Part shown: piece by piece, positions 1 through 8,669 of the stretch | Numbering within the stretch: the stretch's first letter is position 1 | How the letters are laid out: each line of letters begins with the position of its first letter | From: an uncultured Gammaproteobacteria bacterium | Lineage (GTDB): Bacteria; Patescibacteriota; Patescibacteriia; HK-STAS-PATE-3 | Length of the DNA stretch: 64,000 nucleotides | Reading direction: 5' to 3' | Assembly (NCBI GenBank): GCA_964637345.1 | Contig: CAZWTD010000003.1 | Span: 7,678 to 71,677, forward strand | The notes under the pieces: model-generated | What the model saw: the letters and a program-made list of their open reading frames with translations, nothing else | The model's database searches: none | Told to the model about the DNA's origin: nothing | Program-made: the position numbers and the translations under genes

Positions 1-289
1 CTCGTTCGATGTCGCTTGAGCCATCGACGTTTGCATAGAAGCTTAGTTCCGTGGCGGTCGTGGTCGCGAGAGCGTACGCTCCATTATCGCTGGATTGAGC
101 CTCGCGCAACTCTCGCCCTAAGGCTTCGATCGCTTGTCGGGCTTTTGCTACCGCAGTGCTTCGATCGTTCAATTCAAAAAATGAATTGTAGCTGCGCGCG
201 GTAAACAAAAGCATAGTAACAATAGCAGCGCTGAAAATGCCGATTGTTACCACTACTTCAATAAGGGTAAAACCTTGGCGAGGCTTCAT
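1..289 (-). CDS. Type IV minor pilin (PilW-like), truncated by the window edge; missing from the ORF track
   Basis: Hand translation from ATG 289: MKPRQG|FTLIEVVVTIGIFSAAIVTMLLF...ALGRELREAQSSDNGAY... Class III prepilin motif G|FTLIE; ATGA overlap with the upstream gene's stop. Confidence 0.9.
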   Translation of the reverse strand, partial: MKPRQGFTLIEVVVTIGIFSAAIVTMLLFTARSYNSFFELNDRSTAVAKARQAIEALGRELREAQSSDNGAYALATTTATELSFYANVDGSSDIER

Positions 290-2469
290 GAAGCGTTTAC
301 GTCAATAACAACACTCGTGTCGCCAGAAACCGGAATCGAGTTGATATATTCTTCATAGCCGGCGCGGTTGACGGTAATTTGGTAGGTCTCGGCGTTCAGC
401 GGGCTAAAGAAGCTTTGTCCCGGGGGGACGCAACCGGAGCTGTGAAGGATAGAGATGTTCGTTACCGTTGGGCTAAATCGCGGGTCGGCTGTTGAGAGTG
501 TGACTCGGTACCGAAGATACTGGTCGCCAGCATGCCCGCTCCAAATTGTGTCGCCGCTGGTAGTATAAAAGGTGCCGGCGGTACCGTCCGGTCCGACGAA
601 GTTCCAAGTCGCTTGATCGGTGTTTGTTGCGATTTGGAATGCGACGCTCGGGTCTCCGGCTTCTGGTGGTTGTGCGAGCGGAAGCCATTGGAGTGCGTCA
701 AAAGCCGTTCCTGGTCCAAGGTTCATCGTTGACGAGGTGAGCTCGCCGGAACTTCGGTATACGTCAATGCCGAGGTCAAGGGTGAATCCGAGAAGTTGAG
801 GAGTGACTGCCGTGTCGCTTGTTGCGAGGTTCGCACGAAGCCGAAGGTCGGTTCCGGGACTTGCGAATGTATGGAGGACGTTATTTGTCACTAATTCAAA
901 GGTCGCGCCGCCGTCAACCGAAAGTTCATAGGTAATTGTTTGGCCGTTGAGTTCTTCGGCAGCATGTAGTGTCGCTGATCGAATAATTCCACTGTTGGTA
1001 AGTCCTAGGGTTTGGAGAATGCCTGTAGGATCGTAGGTTCCAAAACTTTCTTGCAACTGACCAAGCCCTAAGGCGGTATTCCAATCAGCTGTTGTTGCAG
1101 CGTAATCAGTTTGGGCGTCGGTTGAGAAATCCTCAGAGACGTTTTCTGTTGACGTATCTACCGAGAGGCGAAGGAGGTTGGGCTGACTTGTGTCGAGATT
1201 TCCATCTTGGGCAAAGAAGCGCGTCGTATCGCTAAAGTCGTTTTGTCCCGACCCACCGGACCAGTCTGATTGACTAATCGTTCCTTTTCCTGTCGTCTTT
1301 GTTTCATCGTAGCCGGAAAAATTTTCTACTCGGACGGTGGCGTCTGAAAGGGGAACCTGGGTTCCTGAGTCTCGAACAGTGACGAGGAGCGTGTGGTCGG
1401 CCGCTGGAGCAAGGTGAAGGTAAACAGTTTGGTCGCTGCCGGGCAGGATTGAGAAGGGCTGGCTAATTGTCGTTCCGGCAATGTCGTATCCAAGCGCAGC
1501 GTTGAGCGTGAGCGTATACGTATCCCAATGGAGGTCAGTGAGGTCGAGGATACCGAAGGCATTCGTTGAAAGTAATTGATCGTACCGGTATACGCTCGGC
1601 GTGCCGTCAAGAAGCTGCCCACGCAGCGAGAAATCAACATTTGGAATTGGGCTGCAGCTCTGGTCAACTGTGCGAATTCCGAGACTTGCCAAGTGATCTA
1701 CAAAAAAGGTTAGCGCTGTAACGCTACTGGCAACCACGGAGGTATCGGGTCGAACTGGGTTAGGGTTTCCGCCGCTCACGGGGAGCGTGTAATCGTCGTT
1801 GTAGCCATTCTTTTCAACCTCAATGTGATACGTCGAAAGTGCCGGGGGCAGAGAGGAGAGAAGAAGATTGCCGTCGTTATCGGTTGAGCTCGTAATATTA
1901 ATGACCGGAACCGTTGTTGTATTTGTGACGCGAACGGTCGCTTGGCCAACCGGAAGTCCATTTGCATCAAGAGCTTTTATATAGAGTGAGCCCGTACCAT
2001 CAGCCGCTTCGACGCCTTTCGGGACGATGCTCGTGCTAACGGCAACGGGTTTTAGGCAGGGGTAGGTACTCCAGCAAACCCGAACTTCGACAAGTTTATA
2101 GTCGCTCGGCTGTGTGTCAGCCGGCTTATTTGGAATTGTCCCAAGCGCGTTTCCGTCAAAGGGATCGTCAACATATTTGGGATTCGTCGTTATGGTAAAC
2201 CTAAGTCCGTTACGGGTAACGTCTCGCGAAGCCTGAAGCGCGCCGCTAGGCCAGCCGGTTGTTGTTCCGACCTGGGCGTAGGGAAGATTGCGGGCTAATT
2301 CAAGTTGTTCGTTCGCGAGTGAGATTGCGGTTATTCGAGCCCGAGCGACGCCGATCGCTTGGACGCTCGAATAGTAGAGGCCGAGGACAGCACCCATAAC
2401 AATAAGGAGCAGACCAAGGCCAACAACTGTTTCGACGAGCGTAAATCCTTTTGGAGACTTCCGAGTCAT
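286..2469 (-). CDS. Large (727 aa) pilin-like protein with carboxypeptidase-regulatory-like and beta-sandwich domains; putative pilus adhesin
   Basis: N-terminus KG|FTLVE plus hydrophobic helix; repeated 'L.V.V.D..G.P...ATV.V....T...G......L....Y.I.V...GY' units; directly downstream of pilC. Confidence 0.85.
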   Translation of the reverse strand: MTRKSPKGFTLVETVVGLGLLLIVMGAVLGLYYSSVQAIGVARARITAISLANEQLELARNLPYAQVGTTTGWPSGALQASRDVTRNGLRFTITTNPKYVDDPFDGNALGTIPNKPADTQPSDYKLVEVRVCWSTYPCLKPVAVSTSIVPKGVEAADGTGSLYIKALDANGLPVGQATVRVTNTTTVPVINITSSTDNDGNLLLSSLPPALSTYHIEVEKNGYNDDYTLPVSGGNPNPVRPDTSVVASSVTALTFFVDHLASLGIRTVDQSCSPIPNVDFSLRGQLLDGTPSVYRYDQLLSTNAFGILDLTDLHWDTYTLTLNAALGYDIAGTTISQPFSILPGSDQTVYLHLAPAADHTLLVTVRDSGTQVPLSDATVRVENFSGYDETKTTGKGTISQSDWSGGSGQNDFSDTTRFFAQDGNLDTSQPNLLRLSVDTSTENVSEDFSTDAQTDYAATTADWNTALGLGQLQESFGTYDPTGILQTLGLTNSGIIRSATLHAAEELNGQTITYELSVDGGATFELVTNNVLHTFASPGTDLRLRANLATSDTAVTPQLLGFTLDLGIDVYRSSGELTSSTMNLGPGTAFDALQWLPLAQPPEAGDPSVAFQIATNTDQATWNFVGPDGTAGTFYTTSGDTIWSGHAGDQYLRYRVTLSTADPRFSPTVTNISILHSSGCVPPGQSFFSPLNAETYQITVNRAGYEEYINSIPVSGDTSVVIDVNAS

Positions 2470-3668
2470 ATTGTCTCCGTTAGGGAGTAAATCGGGAGAA
2501 TGACCGCAACGGCCATAATGGCAACCGCAACACCAAGGATTAACATCAGTATCGGCTCGATAATCGTCGAAAGGTTTCCCATTGTGTCATCAACGTCAGC
2601 CTCATAAAAGTCGGCGATTTCCGAAGCAATTTGGTCGAGGCTACCGCTTTGTTCACCGACAGTCACCATTTGGATTAAGAGCGGCGGGAAGAGCTTCGGT
2701 TCTGATCCAAGGACTTTTGCGATTGTTGATCCGGTTTTTAAGCCCTCAGCTGCACGCTCGACTGCGCTACGGTACACCGTGTTCCCAAGCGTTTTTGCGA
2801 TAATCTGGAAGCTTTCGACAATGTGGATGTCAGTTTCTAAGAGCGAAGATAGTGTTCGAGCGAATCGAGCGAGGTGAATTTTTTTTACGATCGTTCCTGC
2901 AATTGGGAGGCGAAGGATAAGGCGGTCGACAGAATGTCGAATGTCCGGTCGGCGGAGAAGTCGAACCGCGCCAGCGCCGAGCAGGGCTACGCCAATCGCT
3001 ATTAGGTAGCCGTACTTGATGAGGACTGAACTTAGGCCGATGAGAATTTTCGTTGGCAGGGGAAGTTCAACATTGCTCTCTTGGAAGACCGTCATCAGTT
3101 TTGGAATGACGAAAACGGTGACCGCGATTCCAATGCCTACCATTGCCACAACCACGATGACTGGATAGGTGAGTGCATTTTTCACCTTCGCGATAAGTTG
3201 ATGGTCTTTTTTTAACTGAATGGTAAGACGCTTGAGCACTTCATCGAGTTTTCCGCTTGCCTCACCAGCTGCGACCATGCTCACAAAAATTTCACTAAAA
3301 ATAGATTGGTGTTTTTCTAGGGCTGACGAAAAACTCACGCCCGACTTTACGTTGTCAGTTAAATCTTGGATGACGGCCTTAAAGTGCTTATTCGTCATCT
3401 GCTCGGCCAGAGTTTGAAGCGCCAGACTTAAGGAAAAGCCGGTCCGAATCATGACCTCAAGATTTTGTGTGAAAAATAGCTTTTGAACTAAGGTAACGCG
3501 CCGGAAGAGGCGGTCGGTGAGTGATATTTTTTCAACAAAAACAGTGAGGGAAATATTCGAAAAACCGTCCTCGGTCAGTTTTTTCCGGGCGGCGCTTTCC
3601 GACTCTTCGCTGAGCCGGCCTTTGGCAATGCGATCGTTTTTTGTTCCTGTGTATTGGAAAACCGGCAT
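2466..3668 (-). CDS. pilC: Type IV pilus platform protein PilC (T2SS F family)
   Basis: Two T2SSF repeats: MVAAGEASGKLDEVL...LTYP and MVTVGEQSGSLD...IEPILM...ILPIY. Confidence 0.95.
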   Translation of the reverse strand: MPVFQYTGTKNDRIAKGRLSEESESAARKKLTEDGFSNISLTVFVEKISLTDRLFRRVTLVQKLFFTQNLEVMIRTGFSLSLALQTLAEQMTNKHFKAVIQDLTDNVKSGVSFSSALEKHQSIFSEIFVSMVAAGEASGKLDEVLKRLTIQLKKDHQLIAKVKNALTYPVIVVVAMVGIGIAVTVFVIPKLMTVFQESNVELPLPTKILIGLSSVLIKYGYLIAIGVALLGAGAVRLLRRPDIRHSVDRLILRLPIAGTIVKKIHLARFARTLSSLLETDIHIVESFQIIAKTLGNTVYRSAVERAAEGLKTGSTIAKVLGSEPKLFPPLLIQMVTVGEQSGSLDQIASEIADFYEADVDDTMGNLSTIIEPILMLILGVAVAIMAVAVILPIYSLTETI

Positions 3669-5396
3669 TTACTCTTTGGTGACGCGAAGAACTTCTTCGA
3701 TTGTGGTTAATCCCATTTTGGCTTTAATAAAGCCATCTTGAATCATCACGAGCATTCCTTCTTCGATCGCAGCCTTTTCGATGTCGCTCGCGGCCGCTTG
3801 CTCGAGAATGAGTTTTCCGATTCGTTCGCTAACCTCGAGAATTTCATATATGCCGATTCGTCCTTTATATCCCTCCATGTTACACTGCTTGCAGCCCCGA
3901 CCACGGTAGAAGAGAAGATCGTCGATCGCTTGCTTCGATGAGAGAATAACGCCTTCGCGTTCAAGGGCCTCGAGGATGAATTGTACGTTTATTTGTCGTT
4001 CAAGTTCTTGTATCGCTTTTTTTGAAAGTGTGTAGCTTTCAATACAGCTCGAGCAGATTTTTCGGACAAGCCGTTGGGCGACAATCATGTTCGTCGTCGA
4101 GGCGATCAGGAAGGTTGGAACATGCATTTCCGAAAGGCGGGGCAGGGCCGTGACGGCATTGTTTGTGTGCAGTGTCGACAAAACGAGGTGGCCGGTCAGG
4201 GCGGCCTGAGTCGCCATATTGGCAGTTTCATCGTCGCGAATTTCGCCGACCATGATGATGTTTGGGTCTTGCCGCAAGAGGGCGCGCAGTCCGTTAGCGA
4301 AGGTAAAGCCAATTCTTGGGTTTACTTGGGTTTGATTAATCCGTGGCATCCGGTATTCGATCGGATCTTCAACCGTAGAAATGTTGACTTTTGGAACATT
4401 GAGGATGTTGAGGATGGTGTAGAGCGTCGTCGTTTTTCCTGAACCGGTTGGTCCGGTTACGAGGAGTAAGCCGTGTGGTTTTGCGACGTTACGCTTGAGA
4501 ATTTCGAGAGGAGCGGGTTGCAGCCCGAGTTGGTTGAGCGAAAGAACTTGAGCGCTTTCATGGAGTAGGCGGAGGACCATCTTTTCTCCATCATAGACGG
4601 GAAGAATAGAAACGCGGAAGGAAACCTTATGGTCTTCCGTGTTGATTTTAAAGCGGCCGTCTTGCGGGAGGCGATGTTCGTCAATTTTCAGATCAGACAG
4701 AATCTTCACCCGGGCGACAACGCCGGTATGAATTGTTTTTGGAAGCGACATAACGTCGCGGAGTATGCCGTCGATTCGGTAGCGAACAATTGTGTCGCGC
4801 TCGGTTGGTTCAATGTGGATATCAGACGCACCTTCAAAAATTGCATATTCAAGGAGGGTATCAACAATCCGGACAACAGGAAGATCTTCGGCGAGCTCCT
4901 TCAGGTCCTTCGTCGCGCTGACCGACTGCTCGTCGATGTTCGTAATGTTTTTAAACTCCGCTTTCAGCCCCCGATGGAACTGCTTCAGCACCTCGCGGAT
5001 ACTCGTCGGAGTTGTAACAGCCAGTTCGAGCGTAAGGTTCGTCCGTCGCCGGATGAATTCTATTGTTTGCAGGTCATCGGGATCGAGCAGGGCAAGCTTT
5101 AGGCGATCCTCTACCTTGTCGTACGCAACAACATTGTGAACCTGGATCAGCGGTTCTGGGATGAGGGCAAGGATATCTCTGCGAATAACCTGATTCTTCA
5201 GGTCAACAAAAGGCAGATTAACCGTTTTGGCTAATCCTTCATATAAAATCGATTCCGAGACGAGATTGGATTGAACGAGATACTCGTCGAGCGGGACATT
5301 CTTCGCTCGAGCTTCAAGCGTCGCTTTCTCAATTTGTTCTTCGGTGAGAAGGCGGCCTTGGGTAAGAACCTCGTTTAATTGTTTTTCGTGAATCAT
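3669..5396 (-). CDS. pilB: Type IV pilus assembly ATPase PilB (GspE/PulE family)
   Basis: ASDIHIEP, RLPQDGR, Walker A GPTGSGKTTT, LRQDPNIIMVGEIRD, GHLVLSTLHTN, zinc motifs CSSC and CKQC. Confidence 0.95.
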   Translation of the reverse strand: MIHEKQLNEVLTQGRLLTEEQIEKATLEARAKNVPLDEYLVQSNLVSESILYEGLAKTVNLPFVDLKNQVIRRDILALIPEPLIQVHNVVAYDKVEDRLKLALLDPDDLQTIEFIRRRTNLTLELAVTTPTSIREVLKQFHRGLKAEFKNITNIDEQSVSATKDLKELAEDLPVVRIVDTLLEYAIFEGASDIHIEPTERDTIVRYRIDGILRDVMSLPKTIHTGVVARVKILSDLKIDEHRLPQDGRFKINTEDHKVSFRVSILPVYDGEKMVLRLLHESAQVLSLNQLGLQPAPLEILKRNVAKPHGLLLVTGPTGSGKTTTLYTILNILNVPKVNISTVEDPIEYRMPRINQTQVNPRIGFTFANGLRALLRQDPNIIMVGEIRDDETANMATQAALTGHLVLSTLHTNNAVTALPRLSEMHVPTFLIASTTNMIVAQRLVRKICSSCIESYTLSKKAIQELERQINVQFILEALEREGVILSSKQAIDDLLFYRGRGCKQCNMEGYKGRIGIYEILEVSERIGKLILEQAAASDIEKAAIEEGMLVMIQDGFIKAKMGLTTIEEVLRVTKE

Positions 5397-5419
5397 TTTC
5401 CCCCTAGTTTTGCTCCAAT

Positions 5420-5448
5420 ACTATACCACGCCAGCCCGCATTCGTAAA
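5420..5448 (-). promoter_or_regulatory. Sigma70-type promoter for the pilB operon
   Basis: Minus strand TTTACG-17 bp-TATAGT with extended TG; G-rich tract just before the pilB ATG. Confidence 0.6.
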
Positions 5449-5464
5449 GTTGGCAAAAATGGAT

Positions 5465-7246
5465 TTAAAAATCGAAGATGTAGATCGAGTCGCGAATTTT
5501 GGTTGTTGGTTGAAACTGCCGTAGCCAGCCGTAGTCAGAATAGGAATTTGGATCGAAAAGAACCCCGCCACTGATAGCAACCGTTCCTTTTGGTAAGCCA
5601 GCCGTAAGGATTTCTTGCGTCGTTGGAAGATGTTCGTAGTGAATTCCAAAACCGGCAAGGTCGATCGAGGTGAAAAATACTCCGTAGACGCGATCCGGTT
5701 TTCGTTCGTCGAGGTAACGTTTGAGCTCCCGAAAACCTTGGCCCCAGTCGAAGTTCGAGTCAAGTAGGTAGCGTGGACCCTGGCGCGATCCGCCGACGAA
5801 TTCGGAGAAAAAGGCGAGTTCATTCGGATAGACTAGGGCAGCACGGACCCAAGATCCAAGCAAAAGAACGCTAAGTATGGCCAATCCTAGACGTTTTGTG
5901 AAAAAGGGGTGACGAAAGAGGTGGCCGAGTCCTAGGTAGATGAAGGGGAAGATTGGGAGGAGATGCCGGACCCCAAGGTTAATATGACTCGTCATGCTCC
6001 AGGCGAGATACACAAGCGGAGGCGTTACGAGGGCGATACTTTGGAATGAGGAGCGTTGCCACCACTGCGTGAGACGCGATCTCCAGTAAAAGCGCTCCGT
6101 CGTTGTTCGCCTTTGATGAAGAGCAAGGACAATGAGCGTTGCGAAGCCAAGGATAACAATGATCGCCGGGGTTTTTAGGAAAAATGCTACCGGGAAGTAG
6201 TACCACCAGCCCATGTTCGAGGTTTGTCCGAGGAGATAGGTTCCGTGCCCGTAGTAATTATGGAGGGCCAGGTCAATGAGTCCTTGAAAATAGGGGAGAG
6301 CTGGAATCGGAACATCCTTCGCTAGTTGATAAATCGTCTGGCCGGGCTCCTGGTCTGGACTGAGCGTCTTACTCCAGAACGGAATAGCTAGAACGGGGTT
6401 ACCGGAAGCCTGGGGGTTTTCGCTGGAGGCGGCAGAATAAAACTCTTGCACCGCTTGTATATGCATTGCTGGTTGTATTTGGAATCCGTAGAGCATCCAC
6501 CCGAAAAAACCAGTAATAAGAACGAGAAGGCCTAGTCCAGCTAGCCAGCGCCGTAGCGTGAGTACGGGCTTTGTCCGTTGGGTAATCGGATGCATAAGTG
6601 CAAGGAGTCCGAGGGCTGGAAGAACAAACCAGAGAATAATCGCCGAAAATTTCGTTAATTGGGCTGCTGCAAAACAAAGAGAAAATATCAGAAAACGTTT
6701 CTTTGTCGGCTTTTCGATAACCCGGAGAAAGCTTAGGCATGATAAAAAGAAAAAGAGTCCGAGTCCGACGTCGGTTGTTATAAGGCGTCCATGGGCCAGA
6801 AGTGTTGGGTCAACGAGGAAAAACGCAAAAACAAAAAAACCAACGCGCGGGCCAAAAATACGCGTTGCGCTTCGTTCAACGGTGAGGGCTAAGGCTAGGA
6901 AAAGAAGGATAATGGGAATACGCCCAAGAAGGAGTAGCTTTTCTGGGGGAATTGTGGTATGGTATAGAACACGTCGGGCGAAGTTCCACTGGTCTTGTTG
7001 GGTCCAGCTTTGATCGTGAAAGGGGAGTTGAATATTCGTGGCAAGGAGCGGCGCCGCAGCGAGCAGCTTGACGAGTGGCGGGTGTTCTGGGTTGAGCGTT
7101 ACTTCCCCAGTCTTCCAATACGAAATTCCGCTCACGAGGTGAGTTCCCTCATCGATTGTTTGGGAGTCTGACCAAGCCCCGAAGCATTCAGCAATAAATA
7201 CCCCGAGGAGAAGAGCGACAATAATGAAGGGTCGAATGCGGTTCAT
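5465..7246 (-). CDS. GT-C fold membrane glycosyltransferase (ArnT/PMT-like, GT39/GT83)
   Basis: First loop TIDEGTH...NPEHPPLVKL; PTLLAHGRLITTD; many TM helices; C-terminal LLDSNFDWGQ. Confidence 0.8.
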   Translation of the reverse strand: MNRIRPFIIVALLLGVFIAECFGAWSDSQTIDEGTHLVSGISYWKTGEVTLNPEHPPLVKLLAAAPLLATNIQLPFHDQSWTQQDQWNFARRVLYHTTIPPEKLLLLGRIPIILLFLALALTVERSATRIFGPRVGFFVFAFFLVDPTLLAHGRLITTDVGLGLFFFLSCLSFLRVIEKPTKKRFLIFSLCFAAAQLTKFSAIILWFVLPALGLLALMHPITQRTKPVLTLRRWLAGLGLLVLITGFFGWMLYGFQIQPAMHIQAVQEFYSAASSENPQASGNPVLAIPFWSKTLSPDQEPGQTIYQLAKDVPIPALPYFQGLIDLALHNYYGHGTYLLGQTSNMGWWYYFPVAFFLKTPAIIVILGFATLIVLALHQRRTTTERFYWRSRLTQWWQRSSFQSIALVTPPLVYLAWSMTSHINLGVRHLLPIFPFIYLGLGHLFRHPFFTKRLGLAILSVLLLGSWVRAALVYPNELAFFSEFVGGSRQGPRYLLDSNFDWGQGFRELKRYLDERKPDRVYGVFFTSIDLAGFGIHYEHLPTTQEILTAGLPKGTVAISGGVLFDPNSYSDYGWLRQFQPTTKIRDSIYIFDF

Positions 7247-7619
7247 GCGTACGTCAGTTCATGCCTTTCGGGATCATTTTCCCCTATCGTTTTGGCGGAG
7301 CCCTTTTACGTATGGATTTGTTGGCGGCAGTCTATTGTTGAACATTGGGAGCTGGCTTCTTCTCCTCCAGTCGACAGATCCCAACGAACCCCTTGTTCCG
7401 CTCCATTATACCATCTCGATCGGCGTTGACCGAATTGGACAATGGACCGAGTTGTTTTTCATGCCGGGCTTGGCTGCGGCCATCCTCGTCGTGAATACCA
7501 TTTTTGCTTGGATGGCGTGGCGGCAGCCATTATTGGCGAAGACGCTGCACATTGGCACCTTCCTCGTCCAAGTGATCGTCGCCATGAGCACGGTATTTTT
7601 GGTTATGCAATTCTATTAA
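7245..7619 (+). CDS. Small membrane protein with about 3 TM helices (DUF1648-like)
   Basis: TM-VPLHYTISIGVDRIG-TM-TM; stops 3 bp before mraY. Start uncertain (7224, 7236 or 7245). Confidence 0.7.
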   Translation: MRTSVHAFRDHFPLSFWRSPFTYGFVGGSLLLNIGSWLLLLQSTDPNEPLVPLHYTISIGVDRIGQWTELFFMPGLAAAILVVNTIFAWMAWRQPLLAKTLHIGTFLVQVIVAMSTVFLVMQFY

Positions 7620-7622
7620 GAT

Positions 7623-8669
7623 ATGTTTCAAGACGCCTTTTCCATAGTACGGATTTTTTCTCTCTCAGCTCTGGCTTTTGTCCTGACGATGCTTTGGACC
7701 CCAGTGCTAACGAACTTTCTGTATCGTCATAAACTTGGGAAGCAAATTCGCGACGAAGCGTCTGCTCCGGTTTTTGCAAAGCTTCATAAGGAAAAATCCG
7801 GCACCCCCACGATGGGCGGTGTTCTCATTTGGGGAACGACAACCGTTCTTATTTTTCTCTGTTGGGCTTTAGCGGAATTCACCTCGCTTTCGTTTTTCGA
7901 CCGTTTGAACTTCTTGTCTCGCTCCGAGACACTGTTGCCGATTGGGGCCTTGCTCGCAACAGCCCTTGTTGGCCTTCTTGATGATTTTTACAACGTCCGT
8001 CGCATTGGTCCAAATGGCGGGGGACTTCGAACTCGTCATCGACTCCTGATATATTTCGTAATCGCTGCGGTTGCTGCTTGGTGGTTCGTCGCCAAACTTG
8101 ATTGGACGACGCTTCATGTTCCCTTCGTTGGGAATTTTGATATTGGTTGGTGGTTTGCGCCAATCATTGTTTTCGTGATCGTTGCGACGAGCCATTCCGT
8201 CAACATTGCAGACGGACTTGATGGATTAGCCGGCGGTCTCGCGCTCGCAGCATTTTTCGCCTTCGGTTTTATTGCGTTTGTCGAAGGACATACCGATTTA
8301 GCCACGCTTTGTCTTGTGATTGCCGGCGCGTTATTGGCTTTTCTTTGGTTTAACATCCACCCAGCTCGTTTCTTTATGGGCGATACAGGGTCGATGCCGC
8401 TCGGGACAATGCTCGCTATTTTAGCGATTCTCACAAACACCATCTTTTTGCTTCCGGTTATTGGTGTTCTGTTTGTTGCTGAAGCGCTTTCCGTTATTCT
8501 TCAGGTAGCCTCAAAGCGCCTTCGAAAAAAGAAGCTTTTTCTTTCAGCGCCTTTCCATCATCACCTTGAAGCAATTGGCTGGCCTGAGACGAAAATTGTT
8601 ATGCGGTTTTGGGTTATTGCAGCCGTATCCGCGGTTCTCGGCGTAACCTTGTTTTTGGCGGAACGTTGA
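7623..8669 (+). CDS. mraY: Phospho-N-acetylmuramoyl-pentapeptide transferase
   Basis: KSGTPTMGG, GLLDD, NIADGLDGL, FMGDTGS, APFHHHLE. Confidence 0.97.
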   Translation: MFQDAFSIVRIFSLSALAFVLTMLWTPVLTNFLYRHKLGKQIRDEASAPVFAKLHKEKSGTPTMGGVLIWGTTTVLIFLCWALAEFTSLSFFDRLNFLSRSETLLPIGALLATALVGLLDDFYNVRRIGPNGGGLRTRHRLLIYFVIAAVAAWWFVAKLDWTTLHVPFVGNFDIGWWFAPIIVFVIVATSHSVNIADGLDGLAGGLALAAFFAFGFIAFVEGHTDLATLCLVIAGALLAFLWFNIHPARFFMGDTGSMPLGTMLAILAILTNTIFLLPVIGVLFVAEALSVILQVASKRLRKKKLFLSAPFHHHLEAIGWPETKIVMRFWVIAAVSAVLGVTLFLAER

